Positions 8,991-18,194 are shown, counted from the first letter of the stretch. The stretch: DNA of 31,490 nt from an uncultured Methanosarcinales archaeon (GCA_964647565.1 CAZYIM010000033.1:1-31490), one strand, 5' to 3'. The notes: generated by a model from the sequence alone, not told the origin. Translations and numbers: made by a program.

Positions 8991-11045
8991 CTAGCTTTTC
9001 ATTATCCTTATAATTGCTATTATCACTAGAAGCACGATAATCTCAGTCCCAAAAAGTATGAGCAATGAAGAGTTCTTCTCAAAAAAGCTCTTTTTTGGTG
9101 AATAGCTGTGGTAAACTGGTGTCTTTATTTTTTGATCTGCTGTTGTAAAACCTGTTGCTTTGTTTGTGCTCTCTGGTTCTTTTTGTTCTTCTGCTTTTTC
9201 TGCGCACTTTTCAATTGTTATTTGGAGATTTTCTTCTATGTGCTCCTTGAAATCAGCTGAGACAACAAGATTATAGTTTCCTGTTATGCTTTTTGAGGTT
9301 GCAAACTGGATAGTTTTCCAGCTGGTGGAATCGTCTTTATCATCGCCTTCTTCAAGAAAAATGTTCTCTGTTTTCTGCGTGCCTAGTTCTGGAATCTGGA
9401 TTGTCAATGCTATATTTTCATCTTCTTTTCCAATATTTGCAACACCTACTAATATCTTTATTTGCTTTCCTGAACAGATCTTTTCCTCTTCAAGTTCAAT
9501 CAACAGGAATTCCACATCATGTCTTTCTTTGTTTATCTCCAGCTCATATTCAAGAGAAATCTCTTGTGATATTCCTTTGTTGGTTGTGCCTTCAATAAGC
9601 AATTTAATATCATAGTCTCCATCTTCAAGAATGAGGGGCAGTTCTATTGATATTTTCTCTTCGTCTTCTTCTCCTATATCTAGGTCTTTGAAGTCTGCTT
9701 TTTCTTCAAGGCCATTTTTGATATCATCGATCGTGATTTCCATTTCAATGTCTTCTACTGTCAGATCAGTTTCAAACTGCTCATCGTTCATTATGCTTAC
9801 ATCGAATTGGATAGTTGAACCAGGTCCTGCTTCTATCTGTCCGCCAGTTTCATCGGCATCTTTTTGTCTTTTGTTGTCAACCCTAATAGTCACATCTTTT
9901 ACTTTTAGCGGGTTGCATAACTCTTCAAATGAATGATGGACTGGCTTGTCGCCGTATTCTCCATAATTCAGTCCTATTACATCTCCCTCTTCTGCGCAAT
10001 AATGCCCTTCAAAAGAGAGAAGATCTTTGTTCCAGCAGGAGGAACCTCCATCGAATCCGACTGGCAGATATTCCCAGCTTTGACCTTTGCTTTTAAAAAA
10101 GCCCCAGTATTTTCCTGAGTATTCACAATAATCTCCATTTGCTTCATCTCCAAATCCGTTTATCATGCAGAGTTGATGGCCGAATGCAGATGGTCCTGCC
10201 CATTCTAGATCAAGGTCTGTTTTTGAAAGTGTTTGGTATCCGTCACTGTTGTCTGATATGTCCAGACAGTCAACAGACACTGCTCCGCTTGGAAGCTCAA
10301 CAACAACGCCTATTGTTGCTGCTTGTGAAAATGGAATAAGGAAAAGAAGTGCAACTATTGTAGTTGTTGTTTTGATAGCTTTGGTTTTTTCCTTAAGTTT
10401 TGAGATGAGCTTTTCGCATATCTCTTTCTCATTGAACCTGCCTGTTTTGTACACAAGACCTTTGATCTTGGGCAGCAACAGTCCGAATGTGGCATTGGAC
10501 ACCAAATGGATACCTATGAAAGGCAATGCTGATGCAAACGATACAAGTATGCCAAAACCAAAGAAAAATCCTGATGATACGTTCATAGCTGTCTCAAAGA
10601 AGAGAGTTGCAGATATCATTGCAGCAACTGTTATGAATTTGCCTCTTCTGTCTTTTATGACACCTCCAAGAAAACCTGCAAATGCCCCTGCCAGGATGTG
10701 TATCAAAGACCAGGGTCCTTGTCCTCCAAACATGAAAAAATTTGAAAGGAACCAGCTGGATGCTCCTGTTATTGCGCCTTTCTTGGATCCGAATAGCATG
10801 CCAGCCAGTATGGCAAAGAATGTGATTGGCTCTACACTTGGTGCCCATTGCAGGAGCGAGCGTCCTATCACTCCTCCGATCATCAGCACTACCATCACCA
10901 GGACCTCTTCCATCTCCAGAAGCAGTTTCTGTTTTTGCAGAGATCGCAGTGCTACTTTGTGTTTTGAGCTAAGAACTATCTTTTGTTCTTCTTTTGTCTT
11001 AGATTTCTGTTTTTTCTTTGTTTTCAGCTTGAGTTTTTGAGCCAT
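8991..11045 (-). CDS. ECF-type S component (CbrT-like, cobalamin) fused to a DUF4430/transcobalamin-like domain, Ig-like domains and a C-terminal membrane anchor
   Basis: aa ~45-195: S-component motifs (PSVEPITFFAILAGMLFG, SNFFMFGGQGPWS, HLVSNATF). aa ~245-370: FGHQLCMINGFG...YWGFF...EGDVIGLNY. Then acidic beta-sandwich repeats and a terminal TM helix. Lies downstream of a cobalamin riboswitch. Confidence 0.75.
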   Translation of the reverse strand: MAQKLKLKTKKKQKSKTKEEQKIVLSSKHKVALRSLQKQKLLLEMEEVLVMVVLMIGGVIGRSLLQWAPSVEPITFFAILAGMLFGSKKGAITGASSWFLSNFFMFGGQGPWSLIHILAGAFAGFLGGVIKDRRGKFITVAAMISATLFFETAMNVSSGFFFGFGILVSFASALPFIGIHLVSNATFGLLLPKIKGLVYKTGRFNEKEICEKLISKLKEKTKAIKTTTTIVALLFLIPFSQAATIGVVVELPSGAVSVDCLDISDNSDGYQTLSKTDLDLEWAGPSAFGHQLCMINGFGDEANGDYCEYSGKYWGFFKSKGQSWEYLPVGFDGGSSCWNKDLLSFEGHYCAEEGDVIGLNYGEYGDKPVHHSFEELCNPLKVKDVTIRVDNKRQKDADETGGQIEAGPGSTIQFDVSIMNDEQFETDLTVEDIEMEITIDDIKNGLEEKADFKDLDIGEEDEEKISIELPLILEDGDYDIKLLIEGTTNKGISQEISLEYELEINKERHDVEFLLIELEEEKICSGKQIKILVGVANIGKEDENIALTIQIPELGTQKTENIFLEEGDDKDDSTSWKTIQFATSKSITGNYNLVVSADFKEHIEENLQITIEKCAEKAEEQKEPESTNKATGFTTADQKIKTPVYHSYSPKKSFFEKNSSLLILFGTEIIVLLVIIAIIRIMKS

Positions 11046-11140
11046 TCTGGCACCTCTTGAACTTTTTCAAGATAAGTGCCTCTAGAAAATAGAGATATTT
11101 GTCTGAACACAGAAGATGCTTTTTTGCTTTTTCTTATCAT
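11024..11140 (-). CDS. Possible 38-aa leader ORF between the riboswitch and the transporter
   Basis: ATG at 11140 preceded by GAGGA. Encodes MIRKSKKASSVFRQISLFSRGTYLEKVQEVPEWLKNSS and overlaps the transporter start by 22 nt. Not in the ORF track. Confidence 0.35.
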   Translation of the reverse strand: MIRKSKKASSVFRQISLFSRGTYLEKVQEVPEWLKNSS

Positions 11141-11141
11141 C

Positions 11142-11243
11142 TTGGATAATCCTCGATCCTATCTGGTCCAAGCAAGCGTTCCGACTTTACGGCTGCGGGT
11201 CAGTGAGGGAATTTCACCCTACTTTCCTTACCTCGATGCTATT
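11142..11243 (-). promoter_or_regulatory. Cobalamin riboswitch (compact class II/AdoCbl-variant-like)
   Basis: Minus strand reads AGCATCGAGGTAAGGAAAGTAGGGTGAAATTCCCTCACTGACCCGCAGCCGTAAAGTCGGAACGCTTGCT: GGAA junction, GGGTGAAATTCCC T-loop hairpin, CTG-CCCGCA-CxGTAA core, AGTCGGA B12-box-like segment and AGCA/TGCT closing stem. A TATTAAAA box lies about 27 nt upstream. Confidence 0.85.
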
Positions 11244-11351
11244 TAGAAAATTCTTCTTGTTTTAATACTTTTTGGAAATTATTTAGAGACTCAAATTGTA
11301 GCAATCCTTAAATAATGGGGGAACGCAAAAAAATAATTTTTTCTTTTTTTT

Positions 11352-12137
11352 CTATTGATTGAACGAATACTTTACACCCATTAAAAAACCCAGTCTGTTC
11401 CATCTGTCTTTAGGAATTTGGGGTAGTTTTTCGTATTTCCAGTTTATCCCTATCTGCATGTCAACCCTGTGCTGCGCCTTTTCCTTGTCTTTTTCTGATT
11501 GGGTCCTATAGATGTTGACGTTGATATTTGCATCAAAAAAAATGACTGGATTCTTAAAATCCTCAATCGGAAACCTAAGATCTGCTTTTTCGTTGAACGA
11601 GACCTTTTTTCCTTTCTTAGCATGTGACAAAACAATGGTGGTAATGCTCTGATCAATCCATGAACCGTCTTTTTTAATCCATTTAGCTCCAAAGCCCAAG
11701 CTGGTGTTCAAGACCCATATAGGCACATCCATTCCGCCTGTTATATATCTTGTATCCGCAGTGGCCCTGTCGTCGATATAATTGCCTTCAAGAAAACCTT
11801 TCATCTTCCATATTTTCTTGAAATTGATCTTGTAATCAATCCTTCTTAGATCCCTTTTAATTTCTTGTTGCTGGTTTCTTGCGCGGATGAAATCATATTC
11901 AAGACCTATATGATGCTCTAGAATCTTTTGATCATAACTCAATCTTAACAATAATCTGTTCTGCAAAATCTCATATTTGCTGAAGGCTTCCTTTACAGAA
12001 AACATCTCTTCAATACTGTATTTGATTGGGAGTTTCTTGACTTCTTCTTTTTTCTTTTCTTGAGAAATAGCAGGGCTGCCAGTGGCTAGATATAGAGGTA
12101 GTATTATTGCTAAGAGTCCTTTCCTAATCTTGTTCAT
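11352..12137 (-). CDS. Secreted hypothetical protein with alternating beta-strands (beta-barrel/DUF481-like)
   Basis: True start is probably ATG 12137 (ATGA overlap with the dph5 stop), giving signal peptide MNKIRKGLLAIILPLYLATGSPAIS. C-terminus LMGVKYSFNQ. Confidence 0.6.
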   Translation of the reverse strand: MNKIRKGLLAIILPLYLATGSPAISQEKKKEEVKKLPIKYSIEEMFSVKEAFSKYEILQNRLLLRLSYDQKILEHHIGLEYDFIRARNQQQEIKRDLRRIDYKINFKKIWKMKGFLEGNYIDDRATADTRYITGGMDVPIWVLNTSLGFGAKWIKKDGSWIDQSITTIVLSHAKKGKKVSFNEKADLRFPIEDFKNPVIFFDANINVNIYRTQSEKDKEKAQHRVDMQIGINWKYEKLPQIPKDRWNRLGFLMGVKYSFNQ

Positions 12138-12883
12138 TTCCAGTTCTCTAACATCTCTTCTTCCATGAAATGTAGATTGCCTGGTATGACTAGGCAATGC
12201 AATGGTTTGCCAAAGTCAAACTCCATAAGTTCAGAGACCTTGCTATATTTTATCTTAAAGTCTCCTCCGATCCTGGCGCAGCCCACAACCATGGAATCTG
12301 GTTTTAATAACTCTTCACCTCTCTTTTTTTCGACATTAAGTAGGAATTCGAGAGCTTCCCTAACAGTCATGTATTTATCTTGATCAGATTTTATATCCAA
12401 TAATAGTAATGTATGCAATCCTAGGCTCTTGTTGGCCTTTATGACATCATACGGGCTCTCAACATTTTCATTATCAAATGGAATAGAAGTGGTCTTTCCG
12501 AACTTGTATAGTTCCAGACCTGTTATGCCGATGGCATTAAGGATGGATGCATTGTTGATGATTTGAATTTTGATATTTTTCTTTTTTGCCCTTTGGTAAA
12601 GATCTGTATGAGTGGTCGCTCCAAAGATATCCCCTATTACTAGAAAGCAGACATCATTATCTTTTGCATTCTCCAGTATCTGATCAGCTTTATTCTCTAC
12701 AAGATCCCTGTCTGCCAGAATGATCTTCTTTCCATAGAAATGCTCTAGCTTTTCAACAGGGCATGCTAATTTAGAGGTATATGCTTCGAGATAGATATGA
12801 TGGCTGTTCCTCACAGCTTCAAGCCCCTTCATAGTTATGTCTTGTTCATCGTTTAGGCCTATACCTATCATAAAAAGAACCAT
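12134..12883 (-). CDS. dph5: Diphthine synthase
   Basis: LFMIGIGL..EQDITMKGLEA, YLEAYTS, GDIFGATTH, NASILNAIG.TGLELYKFGKTTS, GLHTLLLLDI, DFGKPLHCLVIPG. Confidence 0.97.
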   Translation of the reverse strand: MVLFMIGIGLNDEQDITMKGLEAVRNSHHIYLEAYTSKLACPVEKLEHFYGKKIILADRDLVENKADQILENAKDNDVCFLVIGDIFGATTHTDLYQRAKKKNIKIQIINNASILNAIGITGLELYKFGKTTSIPFDNENVESPYDVIKANKSLGLHTLLLLDIKSDQDKYMTVREALEFLLNVEKKRGEELLKPDSMVVGCARIGGDFKIKYSKVSELMEFDFGKPLHCLVIPGNLHFMEEEMLENWK

Positions 12884-12901
12884 TATATTAGAATTGGTTG
12901 T

Positions 12902-13789
12902 TTATTTATTAAGCTTCTGGAAAATCAGAAGGTCTTCTGTGGTCAGCTTCTCGCCTTTTTTCATCTTCTCATCAAGTTCAACAGACTTTTGTTTGAGAGT
13001 TTTCTTTTTGTGCTCTTTTTTGTCTTCTTCTATCTCAACATTTAGGGACTTGAGCTGTTTTCTGATATCATTAAGTTCTTCAAGCTTGCCTTTTAGCTCC
13101 TTATTGAGTTCGACAAAGCGCTCTTTTTGTTCTAAGAATTTTTGATAAAGTTCATCCTCTTTTTTCTTGAGGTCATCCACTGTTTTAGAACCGTCTAGAA
13201 GTTCCTCATGAAAGCCCTGACTCTCCTTTGCTATCTGCTGGATCTGTTTGTGGATCTTGTTTGAGTCTTTCCTTATCTTATCCCTGTCACGAGTCTTTTT
13301 CTTGACTTGGTCCAGAAGCTCGCCAACATCCTTTACAGCGTTATACTTGACCCGGATTCTCTTGATCTCTTTTCGTATCTTCTGTTCTTTTTCAAAAGAC
13401 ATAGGCTGGGTTTCGATATTGAACTCCATCCTTTCAATGTTTTTCTTGAGTTCAGCGGGCCTTTCTGTTATGCCCTTTTCCTTGAGCAGGACCTGGTACT
13501 TGTCCTTGGCTTCTTTTGCTTCGTCGCTGAGCTTCTTGATCTTGTCATTGAGCACATCCCTTTCTTCCTTTAGTGCTTTTACATCCTTACTCAAATCATT
13601 TCTTCTCTTCTTTGAATCCTTGACTCCTGAGATATGTTCAACTATCTGTTTACTTACGGCATCCTTTTTCTTGAACCAGGCCTCTTTTTCTACATTTACC
13701 TGGTTGAGTTTGGATCGGATTTCATCTATCTCTTTTTCCTTTTCCTTAAGTTTGGCAACAAGTGCCTTTATTTCAGAGTCAACAGTCAT
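12902..13789 (-). CDS. Conserved archaeal coiled-coil protein (COG1340-like)
   Basis: All-helical, K/E-rich 295 aa with IERMEFNIETQPMSFEKEQK and terminal KMKKGEKLTTEDLLIFQ. Confidence 0.8.
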   Translation of the reverse strand: MTVDSEIKALVAKLKEKEKEIDEIRSKLNQVNVEKEAWFKKKDAVSKQIVEHISGVKDSKKRRNDLSKDVKALKEERDVLNDKIKKLSDEAKEAKDKYQVLLKEKGITERPAELKKNIERMEFNIETQPMSFEKEQKIRKEIKRIRVKYNAVKDVGELLDQVKKKTRDRDKIRKDSNKIHKQIQQIAKESQGFHEELLDGSKTVDDLKKKEDELYQKFLEQKERFVELNKELKGKLEELNDIRKQLKSLNVEIEEDKKEHKKKTLKQKSVELDEKMKKGEKLTTEDLLIFQKLNK

Positions 13790-13829
13790 ATTGTAGTCAC
13801 ACTCATATTTTCAATAAAAACAAAAAAAT

Positions 13830-14150
13830 TTATCCGAATAGAGCTCCTAGTCCGGCAGCAGCAGATTCTTCCTGCTTCTTCTCCTCTTCAGGTGATGCTT
13901 CTTCTTTCTTTTCTGCTTTTGGAGCGTCTCCACCTTCTGCAGGTGCGGGTGCTGCGGCAGCTGCTGGAGCAGCTACAACTGCATTCTTAAGCGCTTCATC
14001 TATATCTACACCATCAAGGGCTGCAACTAGAGCCTTTACTCTTCCATCGTCGACTTTTACGCCGGCAGCCTCAAGGACCTTCTTTACAGAAGCCTCTTCT
14101 ACTTTTTGACCAGCCTTATGTAAAAGCATTGCTGCGTATATATATTCCAT
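13830..14150 (-). CDS. rpl12: 50S ribosomal stalk protein P1 (L12p)
   Basis: [11 protein letters not shown], Ala-rich hinge, acidic tail ending GLGALFG. Confidence 0.98.
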   Translation of the reverse strand: MEYIYAAMLLHKAGQKVEEASVKKVLEAAGVKVDDGRVKALVAALDGVDIDEALKNAVVAAPAAAAAPAPAEGGDAPKAEKKEEASPEEEKKQEESAAAGLGALFG

Positions 14151-14195
14151 TTTATTTTTCCTCCATATTTAGGTTTAATTTTAATCTTATGAGTA

Positions 14196-15203
14196 TTATT
14201 CTTTCTTTTCTTCGGGAGCTTCTTCAGGTTTAGCTTCCGTTGATTTTTCTTCTTCTGTTAGTGCTGCTTCCTCTTCCTTGGGAGTCTCTTCTTCTTTTGC
14301 TTCTTCCTTGGTTTCTTCTACTTTTTCCTCTTTAGGCGCCTCTGCTTTTGCTTCTACAGCAGGCAGATCCAGCTTTGAGTTTAGGCTTTCAGCCTGTAGG
14401 TTGGCTTTTGCCAGTACATCCTTCACAGTTTCATCTGTCAGAATATCCTGCTCCGTTGCAATAGTTTTAGCATCTGTGTGTGCTTTGGCTAATAGCAGGT
14501 TAATAGTATCTGGGCATGAGTATGCAATTTCCATTGCTAGCTTGAAGGCATCTGATCCGCAAAGTTTAAGATTATCGAGGTATGCATCTGTATCAATATC
14601 CAGTACATCCTTGGTTAGGATCTCGCCATTTTCATAGATTGCACTGACATTAAGACCTATTTCCATAGGTTCAATTCCAAGCCTAGCCAGGATTGAAGCA
14701 AGTGCTTGGCTCACTTCTTCACCTTCTTTAGCAACAATACAATCTTCCTTGATCGCTATCTTACCGTCCTCAACACCTGTTTTGATCTTAAAAGCTCCAA
14801 GTTCTCCAATAATAGGTCCTGGTGCAAATGGTGTTGGCCCTGCTTTAACCAGGATATCGTTGGGTGCAATCTGGCCAGCCTTTATCGGTGCTTGTGACTT
14901 GTTCTTTTTTATGTTCTTGAACAAGGTGAATGGATTTTCTTTTGTGAAAAGTAATGCAGGCATACCTTTTAGATGGTTCTTAAGCTCCTGTATGTTCTCT
15001 TTTTTAGATCCATCTATCGCATGGTAGAACAGCCTTCTCTTGGTCATCTTGATCAACACAGTCTCTCGAAGTTGTTCCCTTAACCTCTGCAACTGTTTGG
15101 CAGGCATGTTCTCAACATTGACAGCACCAATAATGGGGTATTCTTCCAGCAGCTTGGTGAATGTTTTCACCGTGTCTTTTTTGGATTGTGCTACGTGTGC
15201 CAT
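14196..15203 (-). CDS. rplP0: 50S ribosomal protein uL10/P0
   Basis: MPAKQLQRLR, NPFTLFK, KAGQIAPNDI.VKAGPTPFAPGPIIGEL, acidic tail; lies between L1 and P1. Confidence 0.97.
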   Translation of the reverse strand: MAHVAQSKKDTVKTFTKLLEEYPIIGAVNVENMPAKQLQRLREQLRETVLIKMTKRRLFYHAIDGSKKENIQELKNHLKGMPALLFTKENPFTLFKNIKKNKSQAPIKAGQIAPNDILVKAGPTPFAPGPIIGELGAFKIKTGVEDGKIAIKEDCIVAKEGEEVSQALASILARLGIEPMEIGLNVSAIYENGEILTKDVLDIDTDAYLDNLKLCGSDAFKLAMEIAYSCPDTINLLLAKAHTDAKTIATEQDILTDETVKDVLAKANLQAESLNSKLDLPAVEAKAEAPKEEKVEETKEEAKEEETPKEEEAALTEEEKSTEAKPEEAPEEKKE

Positions 15204-15208
15204 TTTTT

Positions 15209-15865
15209 TTACCCCTTTATGCTCACGGGTTTACTCATCGTGAGTTTTAAAAATATGCTTTTGATGTTGTTTCTCTCCTTTGGAAGATGATGGATGATCT
15301 GATCCACAGCAAAGTCGATATTGTCCACAATTTCTTCTTCGTTCATGTCCTCTTTGCCTATGATCAACTGGAACATCGGTACTTTCTTGGCAGAAACCTT
15401 TATGGTCTTCTGGAGCTTTTCATATAAGGGTTTGATCTGGGGTTTTGCAGCTATAATGCATCCTGCTTTTGGATTGGGCATTTTTCCCTGTGGACCCAGA
15501 GTCCTTCCAAAGGCTGCAGCTATCTTGGGCATGATACTCGCCTGGGCAACAAAATAATCATATGATTTTGCCAGCTTTTTAGCCTTTTTCTTATCCTTTA
15601 TGTAAGAATCCAGTTGATTTGCTTCGACAACAAAATCAAAGACATTCTTGGCTTCATCTGCCAGTTCAGGACCTACTATGCCGCAAACCTTTATCTTCTT
15701 ACCGACTTTATGGTGCAAAGTGGCGAAGAATTCAACCTGGTCTTCAGGTTTCTTGAGATTAAGGTCTTTTAGAGTGACAATCAGGTCAACAGTCTGAGAG
15801 AAGTTCCTTTTCTTTGAATCTGTTTTAAGCTTTTGTATAACTTTCTTTATTTCCTGTTTGTTCAT
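15209..15865 (-). CDS. rpl1: 50S ribosomal protein uL1
   Basis: KKRNFSQTVDLIVTLK, GRTLGPQGKMPNPKAG, IKSIFLKLTMSKP. Confidence 0.98.
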   Translation of the reverse strand: MNKQEIKKVIQKLKTDSKKRNFSQTVDLIVTLKDLNLKKPEDQVEFFATLHHKVGKKIKVCGIVGPELADEAKNVFDFVVEANQLDSYIKDKKKAKKLAKSYDYFVAQASIMPKIAAAFGRTLGPQGKMPNPKAGCIIAAKPQIKPLYEKLQKTIKVSAKKVPMFQLIIGKEDMNEEEIVDNIDFAVDQIIHHLPKERNNIKSIFLKLTMSKPVSIKG

Positions 15866-16022
15866 ATTAATCCCTCCTACCGTAGGTAGTATTACCGGGT
15901 TATAGAGGGTGGAAATAAGAGGCTTTTATAAAGATTGTGGTTAAAAAGAGGTGATTTTAAGGGGGTTAATCTAAGTTAAAAAACCGGAAACTTTATAAAA
16001 GATAACTACTCATAAGTACTAA

Positions 16023-16679
16023 ATGATTTCAAGACAACTTATTCGAAGGCATGAGAAGACAGCCAAAGGTCCTGATGGTAAGAAACTAGATAAACCAACG
16101 CCTGAAGGTTTTGCAAACGCATACAAAAAGGGAGGAGATCTTCTAAATAAATACCCAGACTCAAAATTTTTAGCATTTCATTCTAAAGCAGATAGGACAA
16201 GAATCGCAGCAGTTGCATGGCTTCTTGGAGCAGAATCAAAAGTTATTCAGCCTTCATATGATCCTTTGCTTGACAGTGTTGCAATGGATCATGAAGCTAA
16301 GCAGAAATTAAGAGATATGTCTGACAAGCATGAACAGTATCGTAAAATCTTTGAGCTCTACACACCTGAGCTAATAGAATGCGGAAAGAATATTTCACAG
16401 TCCATATATAATGAATCTGCTTATGTCCACTCTTTTACAGACCAACCTGAGCCAGATATGGCAATCAAGATTACTCATGGTCCAATTATTGATGTTGCCT
16501 TTTTGACGATTCTTGGAAAACCAGTTAGTTATGAATCTGCACTGGAACACACAGGTCTTTTCAAAGAAGGAGAAGGATTTGATGTTGCTGTGAGGCAAGA
16601 AGGCAGTCTTTATATTGCAGACCTTAGTATAGGGGATTCTATTAAAAAAACAAGACCTCTTGAAGAACTTGCTAGATAG
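16023..16679 (+). CDS. Divergent histidine phosphatase superfamily protein
   Basis: N-terminal LIRRHE (RHG-like), LxxxG-like PTPEG, HSKADRTR (SPxxRT-like) and second His in ITHGP. TTTATAAA about 25-30 nt upstream suggests a leaderless transcript. Confidence 0.6.
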   Translation: MISRQLIRRHEKTAKGPDGKKLDKPTPEGFANAYKKGGDLLNKYPDSKFLAFHSKADRTRIAAVAWLLGAESKVIQPSYDPLLDSVAMDHEAKQKLRDMSDKHEQYRKIFELYTPELIECGKNISQSIYNESAYVHSFTDQPEPDMAIKITHGPIIDVAFLTILGKPVSYESALEHTGLFKEGEGFDVAVRQEGSLYIADLSIGDSIKKTRPLEELAR

Positions 16680-16682
16680 AAT

Positions 16683-18194
16683 TTACTTCTTTTGATATCT
16701 TTTTAATATTTTTACTGTTCCGCTTATACCATCCACTTCTATAAAATCTCCATCTTTTAGTACAAGTGTGGCTATCTTGGTGGCGACAATTGCAGGGATC
16801 TTGGCCTCTCTTGCAAGGGTGGCTGAATGTGATGTTATGCCTGTGCCTCCATTGCAGACCAGGCCGATTGCCTTAACAAAGACAGGAGCATAATTAGGCC
16901 CCAGCTGACTGGTCACAACTATATCTCCTTTTTTCACCTTGTCCATCTCATCCAGGTCTAAAACTAGTCTTACAGGGCCCTTGACAACACCTGCTGAAAC
17001 TGGAACTCCTTTAAATTCGTCAACATTCTTTTTGATTAAGACCACTTTATTGAAGAGTTTCTCTGCTCTTTTACCCAGGATGATCTCAGTTTTGCCTTTC
17101 GAAGTATTAAAAGCAGAACACTTAATCCTTTGTTTTAACTCTTTTTTAAAATTAGCATCCTTGAAAACTTGTGGAATATCATCGACCATTAAGTGTCTTG
17201 CTTCCTTCATGGTTATCTTGCATCTTTTGCAGATTTCTTTTAGGATAACATCAAAATAATGCAAGGATAAGGATGTATAAGTCTTCCTGAGTTCCTTGAT
17301 GTAGATACCCTCTCTCATTTCCGAGAACCAGTTGGCGTGATCGTGATCAATATTTGCTTCTTTTATTATTTTCTTGATATCACTCTCATGGTTCTTTATG
17401 ACTGCCTGAAGCTTTTCAAGCTGTGCAAGCGGGTTGTTCTTAAGAAGATGGGCCATCCTTTCTATGAAATCAGAATATGTGAGCACGTCATCATCATAAT
17501 CTCGAGTTATCCAAAAGAAATTGCTGGTGTGTTTTTTGAACAGATTGTTTAATTTTGTATCCTTGCGGATTAATTGCTCAGTTTTCTTGTCTTTGAAATA
17601 TGCTTTCCATTTTTTACTGTTTTCGATTTTCTTTGCCAGCTTAAGTGCTGCCAGTTTTTCTGTATTGATTATCTGTGCCCTGGGTTCGGTTGTCAATATG
17701 GTGAAGTATCTTGCTGCAGTCTCTTCATTAGGAGTTTTGGTTTTCAGATACAACCTAAGAATTCTTATCAGTCCGGGTTCAAAATCATTGATCATAAAAT
17801 AATTGGCATAGAGCTGCTTATAATGTCCGATAAACTCATTATAAGCCTGAACTATCTCTGCCTGTGTGAATTTTGAGATGTCTTCTCTTGCAAGCTGTTT
17901 TGCCCAGCTGATATAAGTATCGCCAATCTTCTTGACCTTCAGAGCCTGCTTGTGGAAGAAGTGTGGTTGTTTGAATAATTTCTTGAAGATATGGTTCTGG
18001 ATTCGCTTACCATCTTTTGTACTCCAAAATAAATATCCTACTGGGAACTTGAATAATAGTAAGATTTGCTTGTAGCTCGTACCAACAATCTTTTTATAAT
18101 CTTGGGTCAAGCTTTGCATAGAATAGACATTAGGATGTGGACTAATCCTTTGCCTGGAAGATACATTTTCCCAATCGACATCCTCTGCCTTCAT
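16683..18194 (-). CDS. PEP-utilising enzyme mobile (phosphohistidine swivel) domain protein with a large helical N-terminal domain
   Basis: C-terminal FKGVPVSAGVVKGPVRLV...GTGITSHSATLAREAKIPAIV...GDFIEVDG. No ATP-grasp or TIM-barrel domain recognisable. Confidence 0.9.
   Translation of the reverse strand: MKAEDVDWENVSSRQRISPHPNVYSMQSLTQDYKKIVGTSYKQILLLFKFPVGYLFWSTKDGKRIQNHIFKKLFKQPHFFHKQALKVKKIGDTYISWAKQLAREDISKFTQAEIVQAYNEFIGHYKQLYANYFMINDFEPGLIRILRLYLKTKTPNEETAARYFTILTTEPRAQIINTEKLAALKLAKKIENSKKWKAYFKDKKTEQLIRKDTKLNNLFKKHTSNFFWITRDYDDDVLTYSDFIERMAHLLKNNPLAQLEKLQAVIKNHESDIKKIIKEANIDHDHANWFSEMREGIYIKELRKTYTSLSLHYFDVILKEICKRCKITMKEARHLMVDDIPQVFKDANFKKELKQRIKCSAFNTSKGKTEIILGKRAEKLFNKVVLIKKNVDEFKGVPVSAGVVKGPVRLVLDLDEMDKVKKGDIVVTSQLGPNYAPVFVKAIGLVCNGGTGITSHSATLAREAKIPAIVATKIATLVLKDGDFIEVDGISGTVKILKRYQKK

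Noticed and set aside
10249..11040. 263-aa plus-strand ORF and other antisense ORFs in the track
   Set aside because: These are shadows of well-supported genes on the opposite strand, with no motifs or SD of their own.
12138..12197. N-terminal extensions of tracked ORFs (also upp 24410-24493)
   Set aside because: They overlap the upstream genes; downstream ATGs give a proper signal peptide or family-typical length.
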